DNA of 64,000 nt from Nemertoderma westbladi (taxonomy: Eukaryota > Animalia > Xenacoelomorpha): positions 114,118-178,117 of the forward strand of contig JAUCBJ010009132.1 of assembly GCA_032718475.1 (NCBI GenBank), given 5' to 3'. The position numbers were made by a program, and so were the translations under genes. Below the pieces are notes generated by a model. The model was given only the letters and a program-made list of their open reading frames with translations. It was not told where the DNA came from and searched no databases. Below, in pieces: positions 12,128 to 21,996 of this stretch (position 1 is the stretch's first letter; each line of letters begins with the position of its first letter).

Positions 12128-12729
12128 TTAATCATCTGGGTCTATGGGTTGGTAGGTTTCTGAAGGTTGTAGGCAAACTATAGCATCTGTTGCTTCAAGT
12201 TGTCGAATCTCCGTCTGAGATTTCTTCGGGAGGTTCCTTTCGATCTCAAGAAGTTCCTCTAAAGGATCGTCGGCGATCGTAGTAGTTACTTCGAATTCAT
12301 CACCAAGGTGACCGATAGGCGCGCGCGTCTGCCGTGATTCATCCGTAATCTCCACGATACGTTCTCCTTCATAGGGTAACAATGTAAACATAGATGGTCT
12401 TTCGATAAGAGATCCCGCACAGCGAAGATACACGTCTCGAAATATGCTAAATCCTGCTCGAGTAAAGGCATTGCTGTCTTTGCGAGCTTCGCTGTACTTT
12501 CTGATAATTCCTTTATACCAAATATAGTGTAGTCTTTTGCTCCAAATCGTTCGAATGAAGCTGCCGCCTCCTCTTGGATATCATATCCCCATCTCGGCTC
12601 TCTTTGTATCCCTTTCTCCATAATTAGAGGTGTAGTTACATAATCATTACTACTAGAGGGAATACAACAGAGTTTGTGGTTAGTTGTGAGGAGACGTGAG
12701 AGTTTCGTCTGCCTTTTGGGCTTCGACAA
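12128..12729 (-). pseudogene. Upstream accessory ORF (or N-terminal part of the knuckle ORF), frameshifted near 12435
   Basis: ORFs 12286-12729 and 12128-12433 overlap in different frames. The latter is in frame with 10919-12118, separated by TAA plus 9 nt. Confidence 0.5.
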
Positions 12730-13280
12730 CGCTCTAACCTCCTACCCATAGCCTAAGATCTAAGGTTTCTTTAATGACACGCTGCTTCTTATCTAAAATT
12801 TTTTGCCGAAGTAAAACGAATTTGGGCTAAACTGGCCGTGAGTCTAAAATACTCACCTTTTGATCCCAAACTATTATCAGAAAATAAGCAGTCAAGAATT
12901 AGTAATAAATATAGGGGAGTCTATTTGACGTAACTTATTGAAACAAGACCGTGTAAAATTTAATTAAAATTTTAAGAAAGGCTCGCAAGTCTTCCTCTCT
13001 TGTTTCTCTAATTTTTAAGTTCCACCCGACTGTACCCTGAAATCTATTCACTGGAGAAAATTTTAAAAATTTTTCAAATCCAAATGGATTGTCTAAAATT
13101 TCGAAAATGTCTCAATATTGTGAGTTCCAAGTAGAATTCCATTTCTTATACCTACAAATCCCGCTCCTATGTGACACATAAGGGTACTACCCTCAATGTT
13201 CACATATAAAGACAATGGAATTCTACCGCTGTCCTTACTACGGTGTACAGGTACGTGGAAATCTATTTGTAAACTCCTAA

Positions 13281-14500
13281 TTATTTACTAGTATTAGGTG
13301 GAGATTTGTAATCTCCAGACTCGTTACGAGTCTCTTCAAGGAGTACGAGACGTTGAGTCGGTCTGTCTACTGTACGACCGTCAATTGTCCGTACCGTCAC
13401 AGTTCTTGTCACTCCATCCATAAAATGACACCTGTTATCCAGAAGCGTCTTTTCAGATTCACTTCTGCCAACAGCACGTGATCTCCCGGCTTTAATGCAC
13501 GGGTGTTATTGTACCATGTTGTTCTGGCAGAAATAGAGGGCAAATAATGGTTTTGCCATATTTCCCAGAATTTGTTAGCCAGTAGTTGCGTGATTTTCCA
13601 CGCTTTTCTACCATAGCTGTCGCTTTCTATTGGAATAGAAATCGGTGTCAAAGTCGTCGGTGCCTGCATTAGCAGGTGTGCCGGTGTCAAAGCAAACTGA
13701 GATTGTTTGTCATCGGGTACTAATACTATTGGTCTAGTATTTAGTATTGCCTCGATTTCAACAAACAATGTTGTCAGTTGGTCGTCTGTTAATATGTGGT
13801 TTACTGGAATGACCTTTGCCATTGCTGTCTTTATAGATCTAATCAGTCTCTCCCAGACTCCGCCTCTCCAAGGACTATCTGGAGGATTGAACTTCCAAAC
13901 AATCTTGTGAGGTTGCAGTTCGTTCGAGATTTGATCATGATCTAATTTCTTAAAGGCTCTAGCAATCTCATTCCGAGCACCAACGAAGTTTGTCCCTTGG
14001 TCTGAGTACAAGCATTTTACTAGTCCGCGTCTAGCGATAAATCGCCGCAGTGCTAGTATAAACGCGTTGGTGGAAAGATCCATCACACGTTCAATGTGAA
14101 CTGCCCTACTGGACATACATGTGAAAATCAGTCCCCAGCGTTTTACTAGTATACGTCCACGTTTCGTATGTATGGGACCAAAGCAATCAATTCCAGTCTC
14201 TGTAAAAGGTGGTCTGAATGCTTGAAGTCGTGCTTGTGGTAGTTCACTCATTTCTTGGGTACCTATTCTAGAATGTACCTTTTTACAAATAATACACGTA
14301 CGTGTCACTGAACTTAATGCTTTACTGGGTCTAATTAATACAAATCTAGTACGTAAGTAGGAAAGACAGTGGTGTCTTCCAGCGTGTTTCAGATGTAAAT
14401 GTGCGTCCAGTATCATTGCACGTTGTAGTTCGTGATGTTGCGGTATTATTATTGGGTACCTAAAGTTTGTGTTAAAGTCAATGTTTTGAAGCCGAGATTT
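13281..14500 (-). pseudogene. BEL/Pao integrase domain (frameshifted continuation of pol)
   Basis: HHCC zinc finger; DDE motifs IDCFG / SDQGTNF / GVWER. A frameshift near 14500 restores SRLQNIDFNTNFRYPIIIP. A second lesion near 13420 continues as DGVTRTVTVRT...RPTQRLVLLEE to a stop at 13281. Confidence 0.92.
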
Positions 14501-17500
14501 ATGACAATTAAGCCATTATAAATTATCGGACTCCAACTCAGTATCGGTGACGACTTGATTGGTTGACCTTGACTTATAGATGTGAATTCGCGCGCGAAAT
14601 ATCTCAGTTGGTAATGGCGAATTAATTTAATCTCACACCTGTCAATCTCAGCCAATGTAAGTCGACGTGTGAAGTCACGTTTGCCTTTAACGTATTGTAC
14701 AAAACGTACAATCCACGCTAATTTTCGGCAAGCGTTTGACCAAGAGTCTGTTAAGTTTACAATACGGTCGACATAAGTATTTGTGACGTCATCAGGTAAG
14801 TCAATGGAGAACTTGGAAGGTTTTGAATTACTAGAAGGGCCCACGGGTCCGCCGGTAAGTATTCCCTTGTTGACTGTTGATCCGTCCGGGTCTACAAGTA
14901 ATTTGTCCTTCTTTGTCTTCTTACCTTGATTGTCGGTACTTTGTAAGTCGATCGCTAATGGTGGTTTGAACTCTATGGGGTCAGCAGGTTTCGGTAAACT
15001 TATTTTCCTGCCGACATTAATCCCAGGTCTCACCGTAGGTTGTAGGTTCGGTATGTCTCTTGAGCGCAAAGTAACACCTGTATTTACATTAGCGTAGGTA
15101 CTACCCACATCTGTAATACATGAGGTTTCACCGTGCTTATGGTTGCTCAAGTGTGTCAAAATTGGTAGTTTGTCAATACAAGGCCGCTCCAATAGGGAAA
15201 CTGCGGCTTTATTGTTAGTCAATACATTACTAGTGTCTAGTCGACTGTCTAGTAGTGTGTCTGGCGATACGTCTGGTAACGTATCTGGTTGTTTGTCAAT
15301 AGAAGGCCGCTCCAATAGGGAAACTGCGGCTTTACTGTTTGTCAGTGCGTTACTAACGTCTGGTGGAACATTTTGTGATACGTCTGGCAAAATGTCTGGT
15401 TGGCTGTCTAGTAACGTGTCTGGTTGACCGTCTGGCGATATGTCTGGTTGACCGTCTGGCGATATGTCTGGTGTAGAAAGGCTCGCAAGTCTTCCTCTCT
15501 TGACCTTTGAAGTTATATCTTTCCATTTCGCCTTCGGTTTTTTCTTGAGTTTCGCCGCCGTCGTCTTTTTCTTTGTCTTCCCCTTTTTTGGTTTCTTGAT
15601 TTCGGCGTCCTTAGGAATGGTGTTGGACTTGTTGTCGTATAACGGAGGCCAATCTTGTGTCGATTTCTGCAAGAACTGGGGTCCGTGTTGCCAAAACTCT
15701 TTGTTCTCCGGTTTACAGAATTCCTCAGGCATCATTCCTCGCGACGCAATATCAGCTGGGTTTTGTGGTCCGGGACAATGTCGCCAATCCTCTTTTATCG
15801 AACGGTCTAGAATCTCTGCGCGACGGTTAGCTACGAATGTCTTGAATTCGAGTGTGTCGTTGTTTATGTAAAATAAAACCAACGTCGCGTCAGTCCAATA
15901 AAATATCTGTAAACTCGACTGTAGTTCTGTCTGTATGAGGTTCACGATGGTGGTTGACAGGGTCGCGGCTTGTAGCTCGGCTCGTGGTGTCGTCATATAC
16001 TTAGTAGGCATGGTCTTAGCCTTGGAAGTAATGAGCGAAACATCGAACTCGTCTGATTCTACTTGTCTGCGCAAATACGCTGCCACACCAAACCCGTTGT
16101 CACTGGCGTCGGAAAAACAGTGTAGTTCCAAGTTGTCAGGAAATGTACTCTGTAATGGAAAGTAAACCCTGGGTATGAAATAATCCTCTAGCGAAGACAA
16201 TTCCGCCTCCCAGGTCTTCCATAAGTCCACTTGGTCTGATGAGATCGGCTCGTCCCATGTTAGTCCATCCTTCCATATACTGCGCATATAAATGCGAGCT
16301 TGCAGTATTACTGGACTGATGAATCCTAACGGATCGAACAATCGGCTCAACTTTGACAAGCATGATCTCTTGGTCAGTGTGTTTCCTTGACTGTCCAGTC
16401 TCACCTTCACTCGAAAGTTGTCTGTGTTTGGGTCCCAAAAGAGCCCCAACACCTTAGTCGTCGGTAGTGGTTCGAACTCTAGGTCTATATCACCACCTCC
16501 ACGCTCAGTAGTTCCGAATGAGTCAACTAATTCGGCACTGTTTGAGGCGAATTTGGTGAGGTTAAAACCTCCGCTCGCCAAGCAGTCCCGTAATTGATGT
16601 GCTACTGTTGTAGCACGTTCTACTGTGTCGCAACTTTGTAAACCGTCATCAACGTAAAAGTCACGTTCTACAATTCTAACTATCTCTGGGTCATACAGAT
16701 GTTTCTGATCTCTAGCGGCTTGCTTCAAGGCGTACATCGTACAATTTGGGCTGTCTCTGGCACCGAAGACGCGAACTTGCATTTGGTAAGTCGCTGGTGG
16801 TAGACTTAAGTCCCCTTCCGGATACCAGAGGAACCGCAAACTGTCTCTGTCTCGCTCTAACGCTTTCACTTGGTGAAACATCGCTTCAACGTCGCAAGTA
16901 AAGGCTACTTGGCGCTGACGGAAGCGCATAATCACCCCCATAAGATAGTTATTCATGTTCGGTCCATCCATCAATTCACTATTGAGGGACATTCCCTCAA
17001 ACAGAGCCGCACAGTCATTGACTACGCGTACTTTATCTGGTTTGTCGGGATGTCTCACATAGTGATGTGGCAAGTAGTACGTCTGGTCTGTCACTCGCTC
17101 CGGGTTAGTCATTCGGATAGCGTATCCCTTCGTCAAATACGTCTCCATCTGAGTGTTATACTGCAGATGGGCTTTCTCGTCCTTTAATAGACGTTGTCGG
17201 ATTGAGTGTAGACGTCTTAAAGCCAGTGGGTAGTTATTTATAAGTTTAGGACTTTGGCTACGCCATAACATACCCACCTCGTAATGTCCGTCCTCCGTCT
17301 GTCGGATAGTATCCTCCATGATCTTTAGAGATTGTTTCTCCTGTTCCGACATACAAGGGTCGTAGCTACCAGGTTCAGCTGTATCTTGTTCTAACCACCT
17401 GATAGTCTTCTCCGTTAATTCTTTGTCCAAGGCGGCTTGTTCCAACTGATGAGTTTTCAACGCGTCATCGTCGATATCGACGGGCACTGTTGAGGTTATT

Positions 17501-20500
17501 GGGGTAGGTAGACTCGCAAGCCTATCATCTGTCGTCGATGGAATCTCTAGCTGATTCGTCTTCCCCCCAATTTCTAAACTCACCTTGTGGGTTAGCTGCT
17601 CCTTGTGACTTATCATACTAGTTACACGTCTGTCATGTTTTGTCGACTGTAGTGTAGTATGGTTCACGTCGTGTGAAAAGGAATGAATTGAGTTTGTAGT
17701 CAATAAACTACATGTACTCTGTACGTCGTCTTCCTCGTCACTTACGTCTAGTGTGCGCACAGGCGCTCGAGTATACCACCCTATCGGCGTTCTGCAGGCG
17801 TATGCGTTTCCTGCTACAACTGCCGATGGTCTGGTTTCCCACACCTGGTGTAGGTTGAATTGGTCCGTCCCGATCAGCATTGCTACCGATCTATAATTGA
17901 CAGGACATTCGGGCACACCAAGGTGTCTGAAATACTTACGGTCCTCCAAAGATTGTTCCGGCACTGGACCTAGTAGGTTACTAAAGTCCTTCGTGGCCGC
18001 AAAGGTTAGATCTCTAAAGGGCAACAAAGACCTCTCCCTCTCGCTGTGTTGCGATTTTGGAAGAAGAGAGTCTAAGTCCAACTTAACTCGTGTCACTGGT
18101 ATTGCACGCTGTCCGTGCATACTACTTACTGTATAACTGACGTGCTTACCTTGTCTAAGATCTGTTACGACGTCAGCTATCTTTTCATCTACGTAACTGT
18201 GAGATGAGGCTGAGTCTAGAATCGCGTAAATCCTCTTACTCCCTTTTGTGCCAGTAACTTTTATCGGGATTACACTGAATCCCTTCAGTTGGTCAGTGGT
18301 CAGGAGCGCGATTGACGGTTGTTCGTCTCCATTTGAATATTCGTCGTCTTCTGATTCTTCGTCCGACGATCCGGATTGTTCTGAAAAGCAATCCTCTATA
18401 TGGGTCACGAAAGTCGGAGTCGTTTTCGATTCTCGTTTTCGGTAAGCCGCATCACATCTCGCTGCTGCTTCCGGGTGTTCCCTGGCGAAGCGTTTCGTCG
18501 GCGTGTGGCTGTCTGTGTGGAGCAGACCGTCGTGGTTGCGTCCACAGGATGGACAAGTGTCGGTATTTGGGCAATCCTTACGGACGTGTCCGTGTCGCGT
18601 ACACCGCCAACAAGAGTCCAGTGGCCGTATCTGCAGCCGTCGTTCTTCCGAGTTCAACTCGCGAAATTGTCGACAACCTCGTAACTTGTGACCAATATAC
18701 CGCTTACCTAGATGTTCGCAGTATTGGCAGCCGTTGAAGTCGGTGCTGAGTTGCTGTCTCGTCTGTTTCGTCCCAATGGGCGCAGATACTCTATTACCGT
18801 CTGAGAATTGTCGTGATTCCGTCGGTGTGGCGTAAGTGGCCGTCTTTGTGGATGTTGTCTGGGGTTTTTGTCGGTTGGAGGATGGCAGTGTGATCCCTTC
18901 TGCCACGATGTGCTGGTCGGTATAGTTAGATCGAGTTTCTACTACCGCCTCCCTGGATATTAAAAGGTACACATCTTCTAATTTTAGGAATCCTCCTCGC
19001 TCCTCTCGCTGGTATTCGACCTTCCTCCACTCCCGACGAAGTCGATGGTGGAGTCGTCCTATTATCTTTAATAGGACTGTAGGTGTATTCCCGTAATCAA
19101 GTTGTCCAATTGATCTTAAGGTAGTGATAGCGTTCTTAATCTCGTCAGCCAGTTTTAGTAAGTCGACGGGTTTAGTGATAGCCCCTCCCTTACAGAGTTC
19201 TTCTATTACTGACCTGGCCATACTCACTGTACCTCCGTATATCGAAGTCAAACGATCGTACGCTAGTTCGAAAGCGTCTGGTACACCGACGAAAGTCTCC
19301 GCCAAACGTTTAGGTTCTCCTGACAACGTTTGGAGCAGGTAATTGAACTTCTCCCGTGATGTAAAGGCGCACACGGCGATCTGGGATTCAATATAGTCTA
19401 CGAAGGTATGCCAGTGTTTTGAGCTACCGGAGAACTTCGGTGGTTGTTGTACCGGCAATCCCTGTCTGGCTGCGAATTTCGCTATCTCCTCGGCAACGTT
19501 CAGAGTTTCGCGTCCTTGGTTGGTAACTTGGTTGATATCCCTTCTTGGCGCTTTTCCCTGATACGATATGGGGTTTGAAGGTACCGGTCTTTGTGGTTCC
19601 TTCGGGTGTCTATTGTGTTCGAATTCGGAATTTCTCGAACTGTCGGTGTAACCTTCCTCCAGACGTTCCTCAATCCGGGCCAACTTGTTGACAATGTCGG
19701 CGAACTGTTGCGCACCGATCGCGCCCGCTGGTGGTAACGCCTTCTGTGTCGGTGTATTCTGTGGAGGATTGTCTGCAAAGGAGTTGTCTGAACGCTCGCG
19801 TTTATATTCGTCGGCCGCCCCTGTTCTAAATACCTCGCGTTTCGGGTAATCCGATTCGCTCGAAGTACTACTATCATCTGGATATGGTGGTCGACGTGCT
19901 CGCGTTCGTTGCGTTGTTCGAATTCTAACGTTCCGTTTCGGAACATCGTCCACTGATCTCCGTTGTTCGGTAGGCTCACAAGTCTTCCTCGAAGTCGTAG
20001 ATTGCGATGTAAACTGAACCGGTCGCGTATCCACTGTTCTCCGTTGTTCGGTAGGCTCACAAGTCTTCCTCGAAGTCGTAGATTGCGATGTAAACTGAAC
20101 CGGTCGCGTATCCACTGTTCTCCGTTGTTCGGTAGGCTCACAAGTCTTCCTCGAAGTCGTAGATTGCGATGTAAACTGGTTCGGTGGGCGAATGACAGCA
20201 TTCGAAACAACTGGCCTTGTAGGTCGAAACGTCATTGGATAAGCGTAATGTGTAACGGGTTTAGGTGTCAAAGGTGGACTCACCTGTTTTGTCGTCAGTA
20301 GTGCGGGTCTGGTCAATAAACTACTACGATCTGTAATCGGTGGGTTACTTACCTTGACTCTCGGAATAGGCGACGACGTTGCTCTTGGCGGTATAAACTC
20401 GTTCGGAATAACAAACCTGTGTTCCGTCGCACCATGGATAGGAGAAATATCACTACTACCCGCAATCGAAACAGGTTCCTTAGTCGTAACCGGTGCAAAC

Positions 20501-21996
20501 ATATGAGTTACCTGTGGGAATCGTTGACACACGTCTTTTACTAATTGCCGTTCCCGTCCGGGTGCTCCTACGCTTCCTTCCTTCTTCCGTTCCTGAATTT
20601 GGCGATGTCTTACCTCTAACTGGTCCAAATCATGTCCGTCACGAGATCTCATCGATCGATCGCGGGCCTTTTGATCCAGATCTTCCTCAGCGTTCGCTAA
20701 TTCTCTCGCCTTCTTCTCAAGTTCGAAATGAAGTTTAGCTGTCTTCTCTCGTTGTTCCGTTTGTCGTTGTTGCGCCTCAAATTCTGCTTGTCGTATGGCG
20801 GATTGAGCTTTTATTTGCCGTGTTTTCATTTCGGCCCGTGCTTCCGAAACTAACCTGTCTCGTTCTAATTCCGCCGCTGCCGCTGCCGCTTGTCGCTCTG
20901 ACTCTGCCGCTGCCGCTGCCGCTTGTCGCTCTGACTCTGCCGCTGCCGCTGCCGCTTGTCGCTCTGACTCTGCCGCTGCCGCTGCCGCTTGTCGGGCAAT
21001 GTCTACCTCTAACCTTTCTACTTCAGCTGCTTCTAATTCAGCTTGTTCCTGTAGATGAGAGATTCTCGCTATATTCGCAACGCGTAGCTTCTCTTCCTCT
21101 ACTGCTGCCTGCATCACTAGAAGTTGAGCTTGTTCCTCCATTTCTCGTCGTTGTCGGCAGAATTCTTGCTGTTGTCGAGCAACTTCTGACGTGACTATAC
21201 TTCCCTCGCAGATTTCGCTACGAATACTCACCAGCGATTGATTTAGTATTCCCGGTGCCGATTCGATTTGTGCGAGTGAAGTTTCCCTCGTAGCCTCCGG
21301 CACGGTTTCCCAATCCCCGACGTCTTCGCCGCACATGCGCAAGTGATCCGTCAGGTGTTTCAATTGTCCATCCAGTCGGTACAGTTCCTGTTCTTCCTCG
21401 GGTTGTAATAATTCGTCCGAAACTGACTCACCTAACAACTGGTCCGCTTGTTCCTGTTGTATCTGTCTAATCGTCGACTTAAACTGAATCAGTTTCTCTC
21501 TAGTGATCATTAGTTTCTCTAGGATTCTAAGTTGAGTATCCATGTCCTGTCTCTGTCTAGCTAGATCTTGTAAGCCAACTAAATTATCTACGGACTTATA
21601 TACTTTACTCTGTACTCTAACCTGGAGGGTGTAGAACTCGAATCGAGACATCGGAGCGGTCAACCCGTCTAATATGCGTTGGCCTTCTCCAATACTCCTG
21701 GTTATATGCGCCATGTAACCTCCGACGCTTCTAACCACACTTTCTGTGCTTCCTGCTGAACTTACCATTTCCGTTTCCCTATATCTAGGTTGCGGAACAG
21801 TTAGAAAGTCCTCGGTCCTGCCGTCGCCTCGTACTACGGCATCCGGTACTCCCGTTGGATGTACTGGTGACGCACACGGTGTAGGTTCGGTAGGCTCGCG
21901 AGTCTTCCCCTGTTGTTCTCCCGCTGCTGACTTATCCGCGTCACATGAGTCATAGTCGGTTTGTGTGTTCTTCGTATAGTCTTGTTTGTCACTCAT
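14449..21996 (-). CDS. BEL/Pao Gag-Pol polyprotein (Gag, protease, RT, RNase H), 2515 aa up to the frameshift
   Basis: Capsid-like PKFSGSSKHWHTF; three Cys/His knuckles; protease ILDSAS; RT YYLPHH, KVRVVND, FYVDD; RNase H HCFSDAS, PRAELQAA, WTDA, NPADIASRG. Confidence 0.96.
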   Translation of the reverse strand: MSDKQDYTKNTQTDYDSCDADKSAAGEQQGKTREPTEPTPCASPVHPTGVPDAVVRGDGRTEDFLTVPQPRYRETEMVSSAGSTESVVRSVGGYMAHITRSIGEGQRILDGLTAPMSRFEFYTLQVRVQSKVYKSVDNLVGLQDLARQRQDMDTQLRILEKLMITREKLIQFKSTIRQIQQEQADQLLGESVSDELLQPEEEQELYRLDGQLKHLTDHLRMCGEDVGDWETVPEATRETSLAQIESAPGILNQSLVSIRSEICEGSIVTSEVARQQQEFCRQRREMEEQAQLLVMQAAVEEEKLRVANIARISHLQEQAELEAAEVERLEVDIARQAAAAAAESERQAAAAAAESERQAAAAAAESERQAAAAAAELERDRLVSEARAEMKTRQIKAQSAIRQAEFEAQQRQTEQREKTAKLHFELEKKARELANAEEDLDQKARDRSMRSRDGHDLDQLEVRHRQIQERKKEGSVGAPGRERQLVKDVCQRFPQVTHMFAPVTTKEPVSIAGSSDISPIHGATEHRFVIPNEFIPPRATSSPIPRVKVSNPPITDRSSLLTRPALLTTKQVSPPLTPKPVTHYAYPMTFRPTRPVVSNAVIRPPNQFTSQSTTSRKTCEPTEQRRTVDTRPVQFTSQSTTSRKTCEPTEQRRTVDTRPVQFTSQSTTSRKTCEPTEQRRSVDDVPKRNVRIRTTQRTRARRPPYPDDSSTSSESDYPKREVFRTGAADEYKRERSDNSFADNPPQNTPTQKALPPAGAIGAQQFADIVNKLARIEERLEEGYTDSSRNSEFEHNRHPKEPQRPVPSNPISYQGKAPRRDINQVTNQGRETLNVAEEIAKFAARQGLPVQQPPKFSGSSKHWHTFVDYIESQIAVCAFTSREKFNYLLQTLSGEPKRLAETFVGVPDAFELAYDRLTSIYGGTVSMARSVIEELCKGGAITKPVDLLKLADEIKNAITTLRSIGQLDYGNTPTVLLKIIGRLHHRLRREWRKVEYQREERGGFLKLEDVYLLISREAVVETRSNYTDQHIVAEGITLPSSNRQKPQTTSTKTATYATPTESRQFSDGNRVSAPIGTKQTRQQLSTDFNGCQYCEHLGKRYIGHKLRGCRQFRELNSEERRLQIRPLDSCWRCTRHGHVRKDCPNTDTCPSCGRNHDGLLHTDSHTPTKRFAREHPEAAARCDAAYRKRESKTTPTFVTHIEDCFSEQSGSSDEESEDDEYSNGDEQPSIALLTTDQLKGFSVIPIKVTGTKGSKRIYAILDSASSHSYVDEKIADVVTDLRQGKHVSYTVSSMHGQRAIPVTRVKLDLDSLLPKSQHSERERSLLPFRDLTFAATKDFSNLLGPVPEQSLEDRKYFRHLGVPECPVNYRSVAMLIGTDQFNLHQVWETRPSAVVAGNAYACRTPIGWYTRAPVRTLDVSDEEDDVQSTCSLLTTNSIHSFSHDVNHTTLQSTKHDRRVTSMISHKEQLTHKVSLEIGGKTNQLEIPSTTDDRLASLPTPITSTVPVDIDDDALKTHQLEQAALDKELTEKTIRWLEQDTAEPGSYDPCMSEQEKQSLKIMEDTIRQTEDGHYEVGMLWRSQSPKLINNYPLALRRLHSIRQRLLKDEKAHLQYNTQMETYLTKGYAIRMTNPERVTDQTYYLPHHYVRHPDKPDKVRVVNDCAALFEGMSLNSELMDGPNMNNYLMGVIMRFRQRQVAFTCDVEAMFHQVKALERDRDSLRFLWYPEGDLSLPPATYQMQVRVFGARDSPNCTMYALKQAARDQKHLYDPEIVRIVERDFYVDDGLQSCDTVERATTVAHQLRDCLASGGFNLTKFASNSAELVDSFGTTERGGGDIDLEFEPLPTTKVLGLFWDPNTDNFRVKVRLDSQGNTLTKRSCLSKLSRLFDPLGFISPVILQARIYMRSIWKDGLTWDEPISSDQVDLWKTWEAELSSLEDYFIPRVYFPLQSTFPDNLELHCFSDASDNGFGVAAYLRRQVESDEFDVSLITSKAKTMPTKYMTTPRAELQAATLSTTIVNLIQTELQSSLQIFYWTDATLVLFYINNDTLEFKTFVANRRAEILDRSIKEDWRHCPGPQNPADIASRGMMPEEFCKPENKEFWQHGPQFLQKSTQDWPPLYDNKSNTIPKDAEIKKPKKGKTKKKTTAAKLKKKPKAKWKDITSKVKRGRLASLSTPDISPDGQPDISPDGQPDTLLDSQPDILPDVSQNVPPDVSNALTNSKAAVSLLERPSIDKQPDTLPDVSPDTLLDSRLDTSNVLTNNKAAVSLLERPCIDKLPILTHLSNHKHGETSCITDVGSTYANVNTGVTLRSRDIPNLQPTVRPGINVGRKISLPKPADPIEFKPPLAIDLQSTDNQGKKTKKDKLLVDPDGSTVNKGILTGGPVGPSSNSKPSKFSIDLPDDVTNTYVDRIVNLTDSWSNACRKLAWIVRFVQYVKGKRDFTRRLTLAEIDRCEIKLIRHYQLRYFAREFTSISQGQPIKSSPILSWSPIIYNGLIVINLGFKTLTLTQTLGTQ
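19950..20177. repeat. 81-bp tandem repeat (~3 copies) within gag
   Basis: Encodes QFTSQSTTSRKTCEPTEQRRTVDTRPV repeats; each copy carries the dispersed hairpin motif. Confidence 0.9.

Noticed and set aside
13316-13333. AGACTCG-TTA-CGAGTCT hairpin resembling the dispersed motif
   Set aside because: Different loop length and flanks; not counted as a copy.
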